64,000 nt of DNA from Octopus vulgaris (Eukaryota). Under the pieces are notes generated by a model. It did not search any database. It saw only the letters and a program-made list of their open reading frames with translations, and was not told the DNA's origin. The position numbers were made by a program, and so were the translations under genes. The stretch is from contig OX597836.1 of the NCBI GenBank assembly GCA_951406725.2, positions 31,682,001 to 31,746,000 on the forward strand, written 5' to 3'. This document shows, piece by piece, positions 12,775-26,872 of this stretch; position 1 is the first letter of the stretch, and each line of letters starts with the position of its first letter.

Positions 12775-13440
12775 GTCCATTTACCTCAAACTCTAGCACC
12801 CTTTTCAGAACATGATCCTCATCCTTCCTCAACACATGCCTATACCACTGCAATCCATTCTCCCTTGCCAGCCATTCCACTGATTCCTCCAAACCCAGCA
12901 GCCCCCACCAAGTCCTCAGTCCCTCTCTTATCGAACAGCCTCATGCTACACATTTCTCTCACCATTGCTCTCTCAGTCCTTCTCAAAATTACCATCTCTC
13001 TCTCCCTTAAACACCATGTCTCACTCCCATACAGCATTGCAGCTCTCACACAACTCCTATAGACCTTTCCTTTCACCTTCAATGTTTGTTCGTTCTCAAG
13101 CCATGCCTGGCTCATAAGGGCTGGTTTTCCAGTTTCCTTGGTGTATAGATTCCCCACCTGGACGGGACGCCGGTCCGTCGCAGGTGAGCTGCAAGATGCA
13201 GGAGGAAAGAGTGAGAGAAAGTTGTGGCGAAAGAGTCAGCAGAAGTTCGCCATTACCTTCTGCCAGAGCCGCGTGGAGTTTAGGTGTTTCGCTATTAAAC
13301 ACACACATCGCCCGGTCTAAGATTTGAACCCGCGATCCCTCGACTGCGAGTCTGCTGCGCTGACTGCTAGGCCATGTACCTCCACTTTCATCTTCAATGG
13401 AAAACCTTTTCCCATATAACAACAGAATACATACCATCAG
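12775..13440 (-). mobile_element. RTE-clade LINE fragment interrupted by a SINE (13086-13385)
   Basis: LKVKGKVYRSCVRAAMLYGSETW...RTERAMVR is a typical RTE RT C-terminal region. The inserted SINE is flanked by TTTCA(C/T)CTTCAAT repeats. Confidence 0.8.
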
Positions 13441-14420
13441 GAATATATAAACTAAGAGGGCCCAATTTTGATACCTTCTTCTCGATGGTTTTATACTAAA
13501 CCGCACCTCCCCACCACCACCGCCACCACACACATACATGCATCACCTCTACAACCAGGTTCCATTATTCATTTCCAGCCATTTCCAACATCCTGGTTCT
13601 CTCAACTGTTGCCTGGATTTCTTTCAAGATACCATTTGCTTGATGATGACTGATGCCAATTGATAGCAGCAGCCACTGTCTCAGCCTGGTTCCAATAAAA
13701 CCTCTACATCCATAATTATTAACTTTCTAATGCTTCATTCACTAGACATGTTAATAACTGCCTTCCTATGCTTATTACCATTCATTTATTTCCAGTTCTC
13801 TTTTTAATGCTTCATATGTTATGTGAACAATATCTTACTTTCCTGTCTCTCCATTTCATTGCATAATTATTTCTAGTTAGTGATCCTTGCATTAACTATT
13901 TTAGCACTAACTATTAAAAATACGTGGAGGTGCAATGGCCTAATGGTTAGGGTAGCGGACTCCCGGTTGTAGGATCACAGTTTCGATTTCCAGACCGGGT
14001 GTTGTGAGTGTTTATTGAGTGAAAATACCTGAAGCTCCACGAGGCTCCAGCAGGGGGTGGTGACGATCCCTGCTGTACTCTTTCGCCACAACTTTCTCTC
14101 ATTCTTTCTTCTCTTGGCCTGCTCGCTTAGCCAGCAAGGTGGCGTCATTTGAAGGCTAAAACAATGTGTAGCGCATTGTGACCAGCGATGTGTAGCAACA
14201 TCTGATAGCCTGGTCAGTCACAGTGATCACGGTGATATTAAAAACACAAACACACACACACACACACTCAATTGTGAGAGGACATACATTGCTATTGTAG
14301 TTATAATTGTCACTGCTTCTGTCACCATCAATACCTCTGGTCAAACTGCTTAGTGGCATTCCATCTGTCTTTTTTGATCTGAGATCAAATTCTGCTGTGG
14401 TCGACTTTGCCTTTCACATG

Positions 14421-14491
<71 letters not shown>

Positions 14492-14854
14492 AGTTGTGAG
14501 AAGGCATACGTTGCTATTGTACTTATTACCATTACTGCTTCTCATTTCTTTACTGCCCACAAGGGGCTACACACAGAGGGGGCAAACAAGGACAGACAAA
14601 CAGATTAAGTCGATTATATCGACCCCAGTGTGTAACTGGTAATTAATTTATCGATCCCGAAAGGATGAAAGGCAAAGTTGACCTCGGCAGAATTTAAACT
14701 CAGAAGGTAGCGGCAGACGAAATACCGCTAAGCATTTCGCCTGGCATCCTAACAATTCTGCCAGCTCACCGCCTGTTTCGGTCATTACTGCTTCTGTCCC
14801 CATCAAACACTCTGGTCTAAATACTTAGTGGCGTTTCACCTGTTTCTTTCTTTT

Positions 14855-15041
14855 TCTTTTACTTGTTTCAGTCATTTGACTGCGGTCATACTGGAGCACG
14901 GCCTTTAGTCGCATCAAATCGACCCCAGGACTTATTCTTTGTAAGCCTAGTACTTATCCTATCGGTCTCTTTTGCCGAACTGCTAAGTTATGGGGACCTA
15001 AACACACCAGCATTGGTTGTCAAGTGATGTTGGGGGGACAA

Positions 15042-15120
<79 letters not shown>

Positions 15121-15121
15121 A

Positions 15122-15152
<31 letters not shown>

Positions 15153-15316
15153 CGACGGGCTTCTTTTAGTTTCCGTCTACCAAATCCACTCACAAGGCTT
15201 TGGTCGGGCCGAGGCTATAGTAGAAGACACTTGCGCAAGGTGCCACGCAGTGGGACTGAGCCTGGAACCATGTGGTTGATAAGCAAGCTACTTACCACAC
15301 AGCCACTCCTGTGCCT
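14855..15316 (-). mobile_element. SINE family A, full length
   Basis: Reverse complement of the family-A head, body and tail. Confidence 0.88.
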
Positions 15317-15965
15317 ATTCTAAACATTTCACATGTTATACCCTGTTCTGCCTGGTAAATCTATCGACAACAATGTTTTTGTATTATTTCTTTCAGAAGT
15401 CTTATAAAGTCTTCCAACAAACTCCACATGTCCGTCTTTATCAAAATCTGTCTCTAAACCTGTACAAGCATAGTGACAGAAATGTAAAGTGAAAGTAGCA
15501 ATGGTGATGATGATGATGATGAGGGGGAGGAAGATGATGTCTCTGCTGTTTATGTTTTTGGTGATGATGATGTTGATGACAATGATGCTTCTGCTTTTGA
15601 TGATGATGATGATGATGAATATTTACAACTAAGATTCTTCCAAGTCAAATAATTTGGCACAGAAGGAGGATGAGTGTGAGGAGGCGCAGATCAGGAAATG
15701 AGAACCCTCTGTATTTGTCAATAAACACGGCCAAAGCAAAAAAATAAATAAATAAATAAAATAAATAAATAAAAATAAAAAGTAAAAATAAAGCCAATAA
15801 GAAATGAAAGGAAACTATATTAAAACTGTCTTTACAGAGAAAAGTAATTTCTGGAACGATCATGTGTGTCAATGGTAAAAAAAAAAAAAAAAAGGAAAGA
15901 AGATGTTTGCTGAGGCTTGATGGTCCAGTTAATAAACTGAAAGCTATGCATTTCTTGTCTGGTGG

Positions 15966-16002
<37 letters not shown>

Positions 16003-17559
16003 CTAAGGCTCAAAAACAAAATTGGAAACAATAAACAGGAGAAAGAAGGATTATTAAAATGGTTTGAAATTGCTTTGCGTACTTTTATGAAGATTCTGGT
16101 TCCAGTACAGCAACCCCAAGAGGAAAATAATATACTGTGGTGTTGTAGCTTTCTTACTGTATATTCATGTTAAGGAAGCTATACAGAATGCTAGCGTGAA
16201 CTAATACTTGTTGTCCGCATGTACCATATGCTTTTACAGCATGTTGATGACACCATGGGCCTGGGAACTGGGGGTGCAAGTGCACTCAATAAAATTTTCG
16301 TGGGGTGCAAAAAGAAAAATTTGCATCTCTACTTATTTTCTCAGGTTTAGAAAACTGAAGAAAAAGTCATCTGTAAAAAGTGGCTCGAAGTTGGGTTCCT
16401 TAACAAAGAACTTAGATAAATAATGATAATAATAAGACTTTTCTTGTAAAAATGTTTGGACCCCGCCTAAGCAAATTTCGTTCTGGAGCCAGTGGATGAC
16501 ACTACACTGAAGGTGTCCCTCATTAAGTATGAGTTCTTCCATTAAATTAAACCATAGCATTACTTCATTCTGACTTTCTCATAGTGCTTTCTTGGCAGTG
16601 ATATTGAGTTGGTTTACCATTGCCTTCCTCAACTGGATGGCCATTGGCCTGCAAGGAGCTCATCTGTCCTTCAGCAAGTCTTGTTTTTAGTCATCCTGGG
16701 TGTTCAGACACCCTCATTGCGAGAGTAGTAAGCTACTCAAATCATGGTGAGGGTGGGGTGGGGAGCAGGTTTAGTTACCAACCACCTGTCCATAGAACAG
16801 GTAGTACTGGTTTCCATGGTACCAGTAGCAGGTCTCATCAGCCTGTGATGACATCCCTGACCAGACATAAGAACTAATGCCTGCTTTGGTCACTAACAAC
16901 AAATTTTTATCCAGTTTACCAGCTATTTGTGAAACCAGTGACTCGTTAATCACTGTCTTCTATAACACAAGAAGCAAAATTTGTCAAAGCATATTGTTTC
17001 TAGCGGATACTTGCTACTGATGATGTACAAACTTGCAGAAATCCCAGCTCTAACAATTCAACCACTGCTACTGGATGCTTCCCATCTGCTATTGATATAC
17101 CTCTGTGTTTTTTAGCTCTATACATCTGTACAAGATACTTTCTTGACATGAATAAGGCAGTGTTGTTTCTTACAGCATGTCCTCATTAAATAAAACATAC
17201 AGAATGCTATTCAATTGTTTAGCCCCGGGTCAGGCCTGATCAAGTAGATTTCTGATCAAAGGTGTTCAGACTGTGGCCACATCATCTCATTTATCAACAA
17301 CTACATTATATATTGTAGACTTCGTTATATAATGAAATATATGCTTTTTTTATTTTTAAACACTATACGTCTATAAAGAGATTTCTCTCAGAAGGAAATT
17401 GTAGTTTTGGGCATTTCAGCGACAGAAATACATTAAGTATATTATATTGATATAGATTTTTCTTTCCAACAGAACTGCTTCCATTGCATAATTCAGATTT
17501 CATTTCACTTATTTGGTGCCTTTGCATACAAATATAAAGTTTATATACTATTCCTATGT

Positions 17560-17722
17560 AGGCACAGGAGTGGCTGTGTGGTAAGTAGCTTGCTTCCCAA
17601 CCACATGGTTCCGGATTCAGTCCCACTGTGTGGCACCTTGGGTAAGTGTCTTCTACTATAGCCTCGGGCTGACCAAAGCCTTCTGAGTGGATTTGATAGA
17701 CGGAAACTGAAAGAAGACTGTC

Positions 17723-17798
<76 letters not shown>

Positions 17799-18035
17799 AT
17801 GTGTCTGTGAGCATGTTTGTGTGTCTGTGTTTGTCCCCACCAACATCGCTTGACAACCGATGGTGGTGCGTTTACGTCCCCGTAACTTAGCGGTTCGGCA
17901 AAAGAGACCGAAAGAATAAGTACTAGGCTTACAAAAGAATAAGTCCTGGGGTCAATTTGCTCGACTAAAGGCGGTGCTCCAGCATGGCCACAGTCAAATG
18001 ACTGAAAAGGTAAAAGAGTAAAAGAGTAAAAGAGT
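17560..18035 (+). mobile_element. SINE family A, full length
   Basis: Same modules as the other family-A copies. Confidence 0.9.
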
Positions 18036-19311
18036 ATATATTTCAGACTAGCTGATTTGATTGAGCTTCAAAAGTTAAACAAGTAACATAACATTGAGAA
18101 GCTGCAACACATAAAATTCATATCTGTCATTCTTGTGGTCACTTCTGTTGTGATATTGTTTCATCTAGCTCTGAAGTATATTGTGTTTCTTAACATTATA
18201 CATCTTTAAAAGAATACTTTCCATATGGATATCACAGCTTCTTGTGTATTTTACATCAATATATATTTTATTATATAATGTGTTTTCTTAAGACAGTGAG
18301 ACATGATTCTGTGAGAAATTTGACAGCTATTTCTAGTAGGTTGATTTACAGAGAAGCAATATTTGAATTATATATGCAGAATTAAAAGCCGATCAGATTA
18401 ACAGTTTCTGTTCAAAACTGACATAAGTTATTTCTCATCATAATGAAATGTAATAGATAACTTTCTTTAATCTTCTTTTTCTTGTTTCACTCATGACAGT
18501 GTGGCCATGCTGGAGTACTGCTTTAAAAGGTTTTAATTGAACAAGTTGACCTCAGTATATATATTTACTTATTTATAAGCTTGGTACTCATTCTATTAGT
18601 TTCTTTAAGGGGATGCAAACAAACCATCACTAGTTGTCAAACAGTGGGGGATGGTGTGAATAAACAGATACAAAGACACACACACACACACACACATCAT
18701 CATCATCATTTAGTGTCTGCTTTCTATGCTGGCATGGGTTGGACAGTTTGACTGAAAACTGGTAAGCTGGAGAGCTGCACCAAGTTCCAATCCGAATTGG
18801 CATGGTGTCTATGGCTGGATGCCCTTCCTAACACCCACCACTCCAAATGTGTAACAGGTGCTTTTTACATGACACCAGCAAGGCTGCCAGTTATATGACA
18901 CCCGCATCAACCACAACTATGATTTCCCTTACAGATAAATACAAGATGGGCTTCCACACAGTTTCCCTCAACTATATTCACTCACAGGGCTTTGGTTGAC
19001 CCTGGGTATACACTAATTAGTGCAGAGTAACCGGGGAGTAAGGTGGTGACAGATGCAATATAGATGACAAGATGAGGGGAGACAAAAGGTTGAGAGGGGT
19101 TGGCATGAGTTCAACAAATTTGTAAAAGTTCTCTTCCTTCATTGACTTGCTACCAAGAAGAGAAAGAAGTGAAAACAGAGATTGTGATGTTGATGATGAT
19201 AATGAAGGGAAAAAATATGAATTGATAATTATCCATTTTCTTCACTGTGCCAGAACAAAATGTTTTTATGTAAATAATAATTCGTAACCACATCAATTGC
19301 AATGTCTCTTT

Positions 19312-19712
19312 CACTCTTTTACTTGTTTCAGGCATTTGACTGTGGCCATGCTGGAGCACCGCCTTTAGTTGAGCAAATCGACCCCGGGACTTATTCTTTG
19401 TAAGCCTAGTACTTATTCTATCAGTCTCTTTTGCAGAGCAGCTAAGTTACAGGGATGCAAACACACCAGCATCGGTTGTCAAGTGATGTTGGGTGAACAA
19501 ACACAGATACGTACACACATACACACATACATATATATAAATATATACATATATACGATGGGCTTCTTTCAATTTCCGTCTACCAAATCCACTCACAAGG
19601 CTTTGGTTGACCTAAGGCGATAGTAGAAGACACTTACCCAAGGTGCCATGCAGTGAGTCTAAACCTAGAACCATGTGGTTCGTAAGCAAGCTACTTACCA
19701 CACAGCCACTCC
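19312..19712 (-). mobile_element. SINE family A, ~40 bp from an ENPP exon donor
   Basis: Reverse complement of family A. Confidence 0.88.
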
Positions 19713-19755
19713 TACGTCACTAAAAAAGTGAAATAAATATTAGACAAATACAAAC

Positions 19756-19843
19756 CACACATCATGTTGTAGAGTTCCACATTTTCAAAAGGTTCAATCT
19801 CTAGTCTCTCTTTGAAGTCTGGTCCAATTGCAATAAATATGGC
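19756..19843 (-). CDS. ENPP: ENPP-family exon (88 nt; [29 protein letters not shown])
   Basis: ttgaag|GCC...TGTG|gtttgt. Highly conserved NPP motif AxFxAxGPxF...FENxELYNxMC. Phase 0 to 1. Confidence 0.95.
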
Positions 19844-20860
19844 CTTCAAAATAAAAATAATATCAAAAATGAGTCTATGCACACACACACACACACACAC
19901 ACATGAAAGGGTCATGGAAGGAGGGCTAAGAGGTAAAGAGAGGAGTGTTCATGCCATGATCCTGTTTCTACCAATCTTTTCATCAGTTCTCAGTAGACAC
20001 ACTAAGAAGGGCACCCACATATACACACAAACACATACAGTATTAAATATATACATAACATATCTGTTATTTTATGCTTTATAAAACACACGTGTTTTGT
20101 TAATTTAACTGCCAGTATTACATAATTGCCCGTTGAAACATATAATTTTAATAAATCACCTCCTCAGTGCTTGGCAAAAAAATACAATGAATGATGTTGA
20201 ATACTCAATAGATATTCCTATTATGCAAATCATCAACAACATTGGTGAAATGGCTGAACTCAGGGAACAGCGTAAAATAGGAGAGAAAAATGAAAAACAA
20301 AGAACAGAGGTTCAAGGTTATTCCACTGATGAGAAAAATCAAACAATGGGGTTGCTCAAAATTTAGTTGCAATTATAATGTAAGTATGTATGTGAGAGGT
20401 TTCTAAATAAATTGCAGAAGGTAATGGCAAACCTATGCTGACACTTTCACCACAACTTTCTCTCACTCTTTCCTCTTGCATCTACCAGCTCACCTGCGAT
20501 GGAGCGGCGTCCCGTCCAGGTGGGGAACCTATACACCACGAATCTGGGAAACCGGCCCTTATGAGCCAGGCATGGCTCGAGAAGGAACAAACGATACAGT
20601 GTATGTAATCCATATTCAGAAAACATGTTTCATGCAAATATGAGGATTATAGCACTTCAAGATTAGTTTAGGGCTGTAAATTGCTTTACAAGATATTTTT
20701 TTGCAATTTCATATATCAACAAATAAACTACTGAGACAATCATATAGGATCATTTAAAAGTTTTAAAATTGTTGTAAACAGTTAATATAAAATTTAGAAG
20801 ACATTTATAAACAAAAAGAGTATTTTATGCACTCAAACTATATACAGTGTATGCATAACA

Positions 20861-20904
<44 letters not shown>

Positions 20905-20986
20905 AACTTCATATAAATACACTTATATATTCATAAATATACATACATACATGTACACTTATACATATATACACACACATATACAT

Positions 20987-21029
<43 letters not shown>

Positions 21030-21102
21030 TACATATATATTGTCATACACATGCATATATATATACATATATGTACACATACATATATACACACACATAT
21101 AC

Positions 21103-21141
<39 letters not shown>

Positions 21142-22367
21142 TACACACACACATACATATATATTGTCATACACATGCATATATATATACATATTCACAC
21201 ACACACATATATATACACATGCTTATAAATACACACATACATGCATCCACAAACATGCATGCATATATATTGTCACACACATGCATAGATATATTTATAT
21301 ATATATGTATGTATATATATATGTATGTATTTATATATACATGTGTGTGTGTGTGTGTATTTATATGCATCCAATTAATTTTATGTTCTGTATTTTAAAC
21401 GTGTTTTTAACGTTTAACATTTTTCTTTCCCGCTGTTTTTGTTTTTTGTTTCCTGATCGTTAACAATGTGCTGACAGAAATTTAGATTAAAATTCCTGAG
21501 TGAATAATTTTATTAAAATATACAGACACAGAAAGAGACAATAAATATTGCCACTGCTATACACATTATTCAACATTCGCATACATTAATGCTACGGGCA
21601 TAGGAAGTAAGTCTCTATTAAGGATCAGCAAACCATTAATTGAAAGTCTGGTGAATATTTTATTACAATTTATCTGTTAACAGTGTCATACACATGTGCA
21701 TATTTAGACAAAGCTGATTACATGATAAAAACTAAATTTAAAAATTTTTTCCTTTGCAGATACAGTTTGCTAATAATGTATATTGTCTCTCTCTGCAGTT
21801 TTATGTATCATTTTATTTCTTTATTTTACATTGGTGTTTAGTTTTTTTTTTTTTTTTTTTTTTTGCAAATGTTATATGTGACAATGTTGTTTGTTGTTTA
21901 TAGATTTCCAAGATGCCAAGTCTCTGGTTCATTGCATTTCTGACAGTGAGAGTAACAAGTGAGAAATGTCTGTACTATTCGGTTTGAATATAAAACATAC
22001 ATTATTTTTATTTGACATTAAGAAGAATTTTAGCTGATACACTGTATTTTTCAGCATACAAGTTGAAATTTTCAGACCAAAATTTACATTCCAAAACAGG
22101 TAGGTTGGTTTTATAACACCAAGACGACATTGGAAGACCAAAAATTCCATGTGAAATGCAGCAGGATTTGGAAAGATAGTGATAATGTTTGAAAGTTTGC
22201 ACTGTGTATTATGTTGACTTGCGTGCTGGAAAATAGTGTATGTATGAGCCAATAAAGAAACTCAACTTGGTCCCTGGAACTTTTAGAAATAGCAGCTAAG
22301 TCTCTTTCAAAGCAAAACCTTCCATCTTATATAAAAACATGCTGTATTTTCTGGCATACAAGTTGAA

Positions 22368-23038
22368 GGTACTACTTAAGAAGAGTGGTCCCGGTGCGTG
22401 CACTTGCGTAGTCACGCATCCATGCTAGCTAGTAATGACTAGTCGATCCTTACTTTGTGTTTTTGTATATTTTTTTTTTTTTTACTTGTTTCAGTCATTT
22501 TGGCTGCGGCCATGCTGGAGCACCACCTTTAATCGAGCAACTCAACCCTGGGACTTATTCTTTGTAAGCCCAGTACTTATTCTATCGGTCTCTTTTGCCG
22601 AACCGCTAAGTGACGGGGACATAAACACCCCAGCATCGATTGTCAAGCAATGCTAGGGGGACAAACACAGACACACAAACATACACGCACATACATATAT
22701 ATGACGGGCTTCTTTCAGCTTCCGTCTACCAAATCCACTCACAAGGCTTTGGTCAGCTCGAGGCTATAGTAGAAGACACTTGCCCAAGGTGCCACGCAGT
22801 GGGACTGAACCTGGAACCATGTGGTTGGTAAACAAGCTACTTACCACACAGCCACTCCTGCGCCTATATTATTTACTTTGTTTAGTAAAATTATTTACTT
22901 TGCGTAAAAATAATATTTATTTTGTGTTTTATTTACTTTGCTAGGTAGTCGTTGTAGGATCGACTAATCATGACTATCTAGCGTGGATGCGCGACTATGC
23001 GAGTGCACGCACTGGGACCACTCTTCTTAAGTAGTACC
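22368..23038. mobile_element. MITE with ~83-bp TIRs (Merlin-like) carrying a nested SINE
   Basis: Arms 22368-22450 and 22956-23038 (GGTACTACTTAAGAAGAGTGGTCCC...). Imperfect 8-bp TSD AAGTTGAA/GAGTTGGA. Confidence 0.8.
22480..22865 (-). mobile_element. SINE family A nested in a MITE
   Basis: Reverse complement of family A. Confidence 0.88.
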
Positions 23039-23736
23039 GAGTTGGATATTTCAGACCAAAATTTATAACCAGAAAGGATAGGTTTGGCTTGTGAAATGCA
23101 ACAGGGTGATTTTTGAACATTCACATTACATGTTTACACAATATACTACATAAACTTGTATGCCAGGAAAGATTGTACATGCACGCATCATCCTTATCAG
23201 CATCGTCATCGTTTAACATCTGTTTTCTATGCTGGCATGGGTTGGATGGTTCGAGCGGCAAGCTGGCAGAAACGTTAGCAGGCCGGGCGGTATTTCTTCT
23301 GCTGCTATGTTCTGAGTTCAAATTCCACCAAGGTCGACTTTGCTTTTCATCCTTTCGGGGTCGATTAAACGAGTACCAGTTACCCACTGAGGTCGAAGTA
23401 ATCGACTTAATCTGTTTGTCTGTCCTTGTTTGTCCCTTCTGTGTTTAGCCCCTTGTGGGTAGTAAAGAAATGAGTTTGACATGGAGCTGGCTAGCCATGG
23501 AACTGTTCAGACTCCAAATTGTCTGTTGTGGCATGGTTTTTATGGCTGGATGCCCTTCCTAACATCAACCACTTTACAAAGTAATCTGGGTGCTTATTAT
23601 GTGCCACTGGCACGGGGGCATTATACGGCACTGGCATAAGTAAAAAAAAAAATGTAAAGTAGATGGATTTCTGAATTACATACTCATGAAATTTGCATAC
23701 ATGTGGTTAAGTATTCCACAGACATTTGCATTCTTA

Positions 23737-23770
<34 letters not shown>

Positions 23771-23785
23771 TTTACGAAAACTTAC

Positions 23786-23843
23786 CTTCATGTTTTCTTC
23801 TCGGACATCAAAACCAGAGCTTCCAAGTGAAAAGTCATTCTTG
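23786..23843 (-). CDS. ENPP: ENPP-family exon (58 nt; NKNDFSLGSSGFDVREENMK)
   Basis: ttacag|C...ATGAAG|gtaagt. Corresponds to the GxHG(Y/F/S)DN...M segment. Phase 2 to 0. Not in the ORF track. Confidence 0.85.
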
Positions 23844-24210
23844 CTGTAATTGCAATTTTGACAACAGGTGAGCTTGGATTAAGAAACAGAAAGGTTAAAC
23901 ATTGTAGTCATGCCTTATACAATTATTACTGCACATTATATGATTTCCAGGTATATTATTTTAGCCCTGTGTTAGAATGAGTACAATAGAAATTTCATGT
24001 CCTCAATGAAGTCCTATCGACATAAGCTCATTTGTGAGCCAATTCCACATCCAGTTTTTTAAAATCCAGTTGGCTCACAGTTTCCTTTCTTTGACATTTT
24101 TTATATTTCATGGGTAACACAAGAACATTTCCCTTCTAAAATTACCTGGTTTTATACATCTATCTACATATGAGATTATTTGATAGTAATAATAATGAAG
24201 TTATTGTATA

Positions 24211-24703
24211 CAGTGCTCAGGTGCACCACAAAGTGCTCAAGTGCACCACACAGTGCTCAGGTGCACCACAAAGTGATCAGGTGCACCACAAAGTGATCAG
24301 GTGCACCACACAGTGCTCAAGTTCACCATGCAGTGTTCGGTGCACCATGCAATGCTCAGGTGCACCACGCAGTGCTGAGGTGCACCACGCAGTGCTGAGG
24401 TGCACCACGCAGTGCTGAGGTGCACCACACAGTGCTCAGTGCACCACGCAATGCTCAGTGTACCACGCAGTGCTCAGGTGCACCACGCAGTGCTCAGGTG
24501 CACCACACAGTGCTCAGGTGTACCACACAGTGTTCAGTGCACCACACAATGCTCAGTACACCATGCAGTGCTCAGGTGCACCACGCAGTGCTCAGGTGCA
24601 CCACGCAGTGCTCAGGTGTACCACGCAGTGCTCAGGTGCACCACGCAGTGCTCAGGTGCACCACGCAATGCTCAGGTGCACCATGCAGTGCTCAGGTGCA
24701 CCA
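24211..24703. repeat. 20-bp GC-rich minisatellite, about 25 copies
   Basis: Unit CAGTGCTCAGGTGCACCACG, with some 18-bp units. Confidence 0.95.
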
Positions 24704-25043
24704 CTATAAAAGCGTATGGTTAATATGGAAGTAATTTCTCATTGATGTATGTCCGTAGTTTGACTTCCATTGCCAACAACAGGAAAAAACTTCTTTTGCA
24801 AGATATTTTAATGAAAATGCATAAACACCGCAACTTCCTGTTTTTTATTTGGTATTTCGATATTTTTTCTTTTAGTGAATGGAATCCATAGCTTATAAAA
24901 CGCGGCATTGACTTATGACTTCATGCTTTTTTACAAGTTAATTTATGATGTTCTTAAACATCTTGACTTCGCATTCCTTTTCATCTAATTCACCCATTGA
25001 TAGGGAAGCAATTTTATCTATATTTTTTTTTACACATATCATT

Positions 25044-25095
<52 letters not shown>

Positions 25096-26834
25096 GCATG
25101 CATATACACACTTAGATATAATGCAGAAACACACACATAGACACACACAAACACATACAATCATATTGCATTCAATTATATTTCTCTAATATTCATGATT
25201 GAAAGATCTCCTTCTGTAAAACACACCATTCCAGCTGCTTCTGTCTACTTAGCTAAGAAATTATTGGCAGATAGCTCACCAAGTTGACATGAAGAATGGA
25301 ATCTCTCTGTAAGAAAAATCTACAGCAGATACCAATCTGTCAAAGTGAAGTTAGCTTAACTGAGGCTCATTGGAACCAATGTTGGTTTTACATAAGGAAC
25401 ATCCAGCTGTTTCAGTCATTTTTATCGTGGCAACTTTCCACTAACATTTTCTTCATCTCACCATGAGTCATAAAATAATTAAACATACCCAATTAGAACT
25501 ATACACTGACTTTTCATACAGCAGCAGCATATCAAACATTTGATTTTGTTTTTCATGCATTTGCCAAATTGTCTGCAAAATACTATGGTTTAGCAAAAGC
25601 TAAAAGAAAATGAAAATTTTTACCGATAGCATACCAAGTCTTCATCATTACATTTTTTTCCCCGTCATCTTTTTTTCTTTTCAAGTACTATACGAATACA
25701 CATACATACTATGTATACTATCTATTTCTACTTACATAGTATGATTAATTTATCAAGGAAATCCAGCTATAGATTACTTAGATTAACAATCAACATCAGA
25801 AACCATTAAACCCTCAGGTACGACTACACTTTGGTTTTTTCATAGAACTGTTTATAGAACTTTTCAATAGATTTATGCATTTGCCAAAATTACCAGCATA
25901 ATACAATTGCTTACCAAAAGTTAAAAAAATATACTGGATAACTTTTCGAATAATTCGTTATCATCAGATCTTTTCTCTTCATTCTCACTATATACTTCTA
26001 CTTACTGACTGTAATTAGTTTTAAAAGAAATCAACCACTATAATACTTGCACTAGTTCTCAAAGTATGAGCACATTCCTGTACATTGCGGAGAATTAATG
26101 GAATATATTTAAAAAGAATATAACAAAAGTCAACGTCTTAAATTTTTCCATTGCAAGCCAAGGCTTAAAAAACTCTATGAGAGTAGCTTAAGCTGTTAGA
26201 TATAGCAGCTGAATTTTGCATAAATTCTCCCTAAGAATTGTATGAAAGGTACACATACTAGTAGCATACTCATTCACTTTTTCGCTAATTCAAATACTAA
26301 ACTCTTCTATTATTATTATTATTATTATTATTATTGAGTGAGAGAGCAGTGCATGCCATCAAAGTAATTTGCATACATGTAGAAAAATATGCTGTTTTTG
26401 AAAACAGTATTAATTTACATAATGTTTCAAAATGAATTTTTTCTTCCTAATCAATAATATTTCCCCGCATATCTACTGTTGTGCTTGGAAGTATACAATG
26501 TTCTTTAATTTACCTTTAGAAGTTACAAAGGACGAATTCCTGCTGGTTCTAATGCTGGAAAAAAATAGTATACAAATTCAGGAGGAACCCCAAGATGCAG
26601 GAGTGGCTTTGTGGTAAGAAGTTTGCTTTCTAACCACATGGTTCCAGGTTCAACCCCACTATGTGGCACCTTGGGCAAGTGTCTTTTACTATAACCTGGG
26701 GCTGACCAAAACCTTGTGAGTGGATTTGGTTGAAAGAAACCCATCATGTATATATATATATATACACACAACGCCATGTTGGATCGTTAGCCCCTACACA
26801 CAATTTTTTTCTCTCCTTGTTTCTTTTTTGTGTA

Positions 26835-26872
26835 TCTTTCTGTCGAAGAGCGTAGGCTCGAAACGTAAAAGA
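26835..26872 (+). ncRNA. Hammerhead-like motif with variant core
   Basis: TCTTT-CTGTCGA-A-GAGC gtag GCTC-GAAA-CG-TA-AAAGA. Stems I and II are perfect, but core A6 is replaced by T. Confidence 0.5.

Noticed and set aside
16790-17050. CTGATGA...GAAA pairs at ~16800-16845 (minus) and ~17017-17045 (plus)
   Set aside because: Stems I and III do not pair in register; compatible with chance.
24170-24734. Repetitive His/Cys-rich ORFs and a superficial CRISPR-like look
   Set aside because: Head-to-tail 20-bp tandem without unique spacers, in a eukaryotic context with no cas genes.
25930-25975. Minus-strand CTGATGA...GAAA motif
   Set aside because: Stem II is not properly closed and stem I has only 3 bp.
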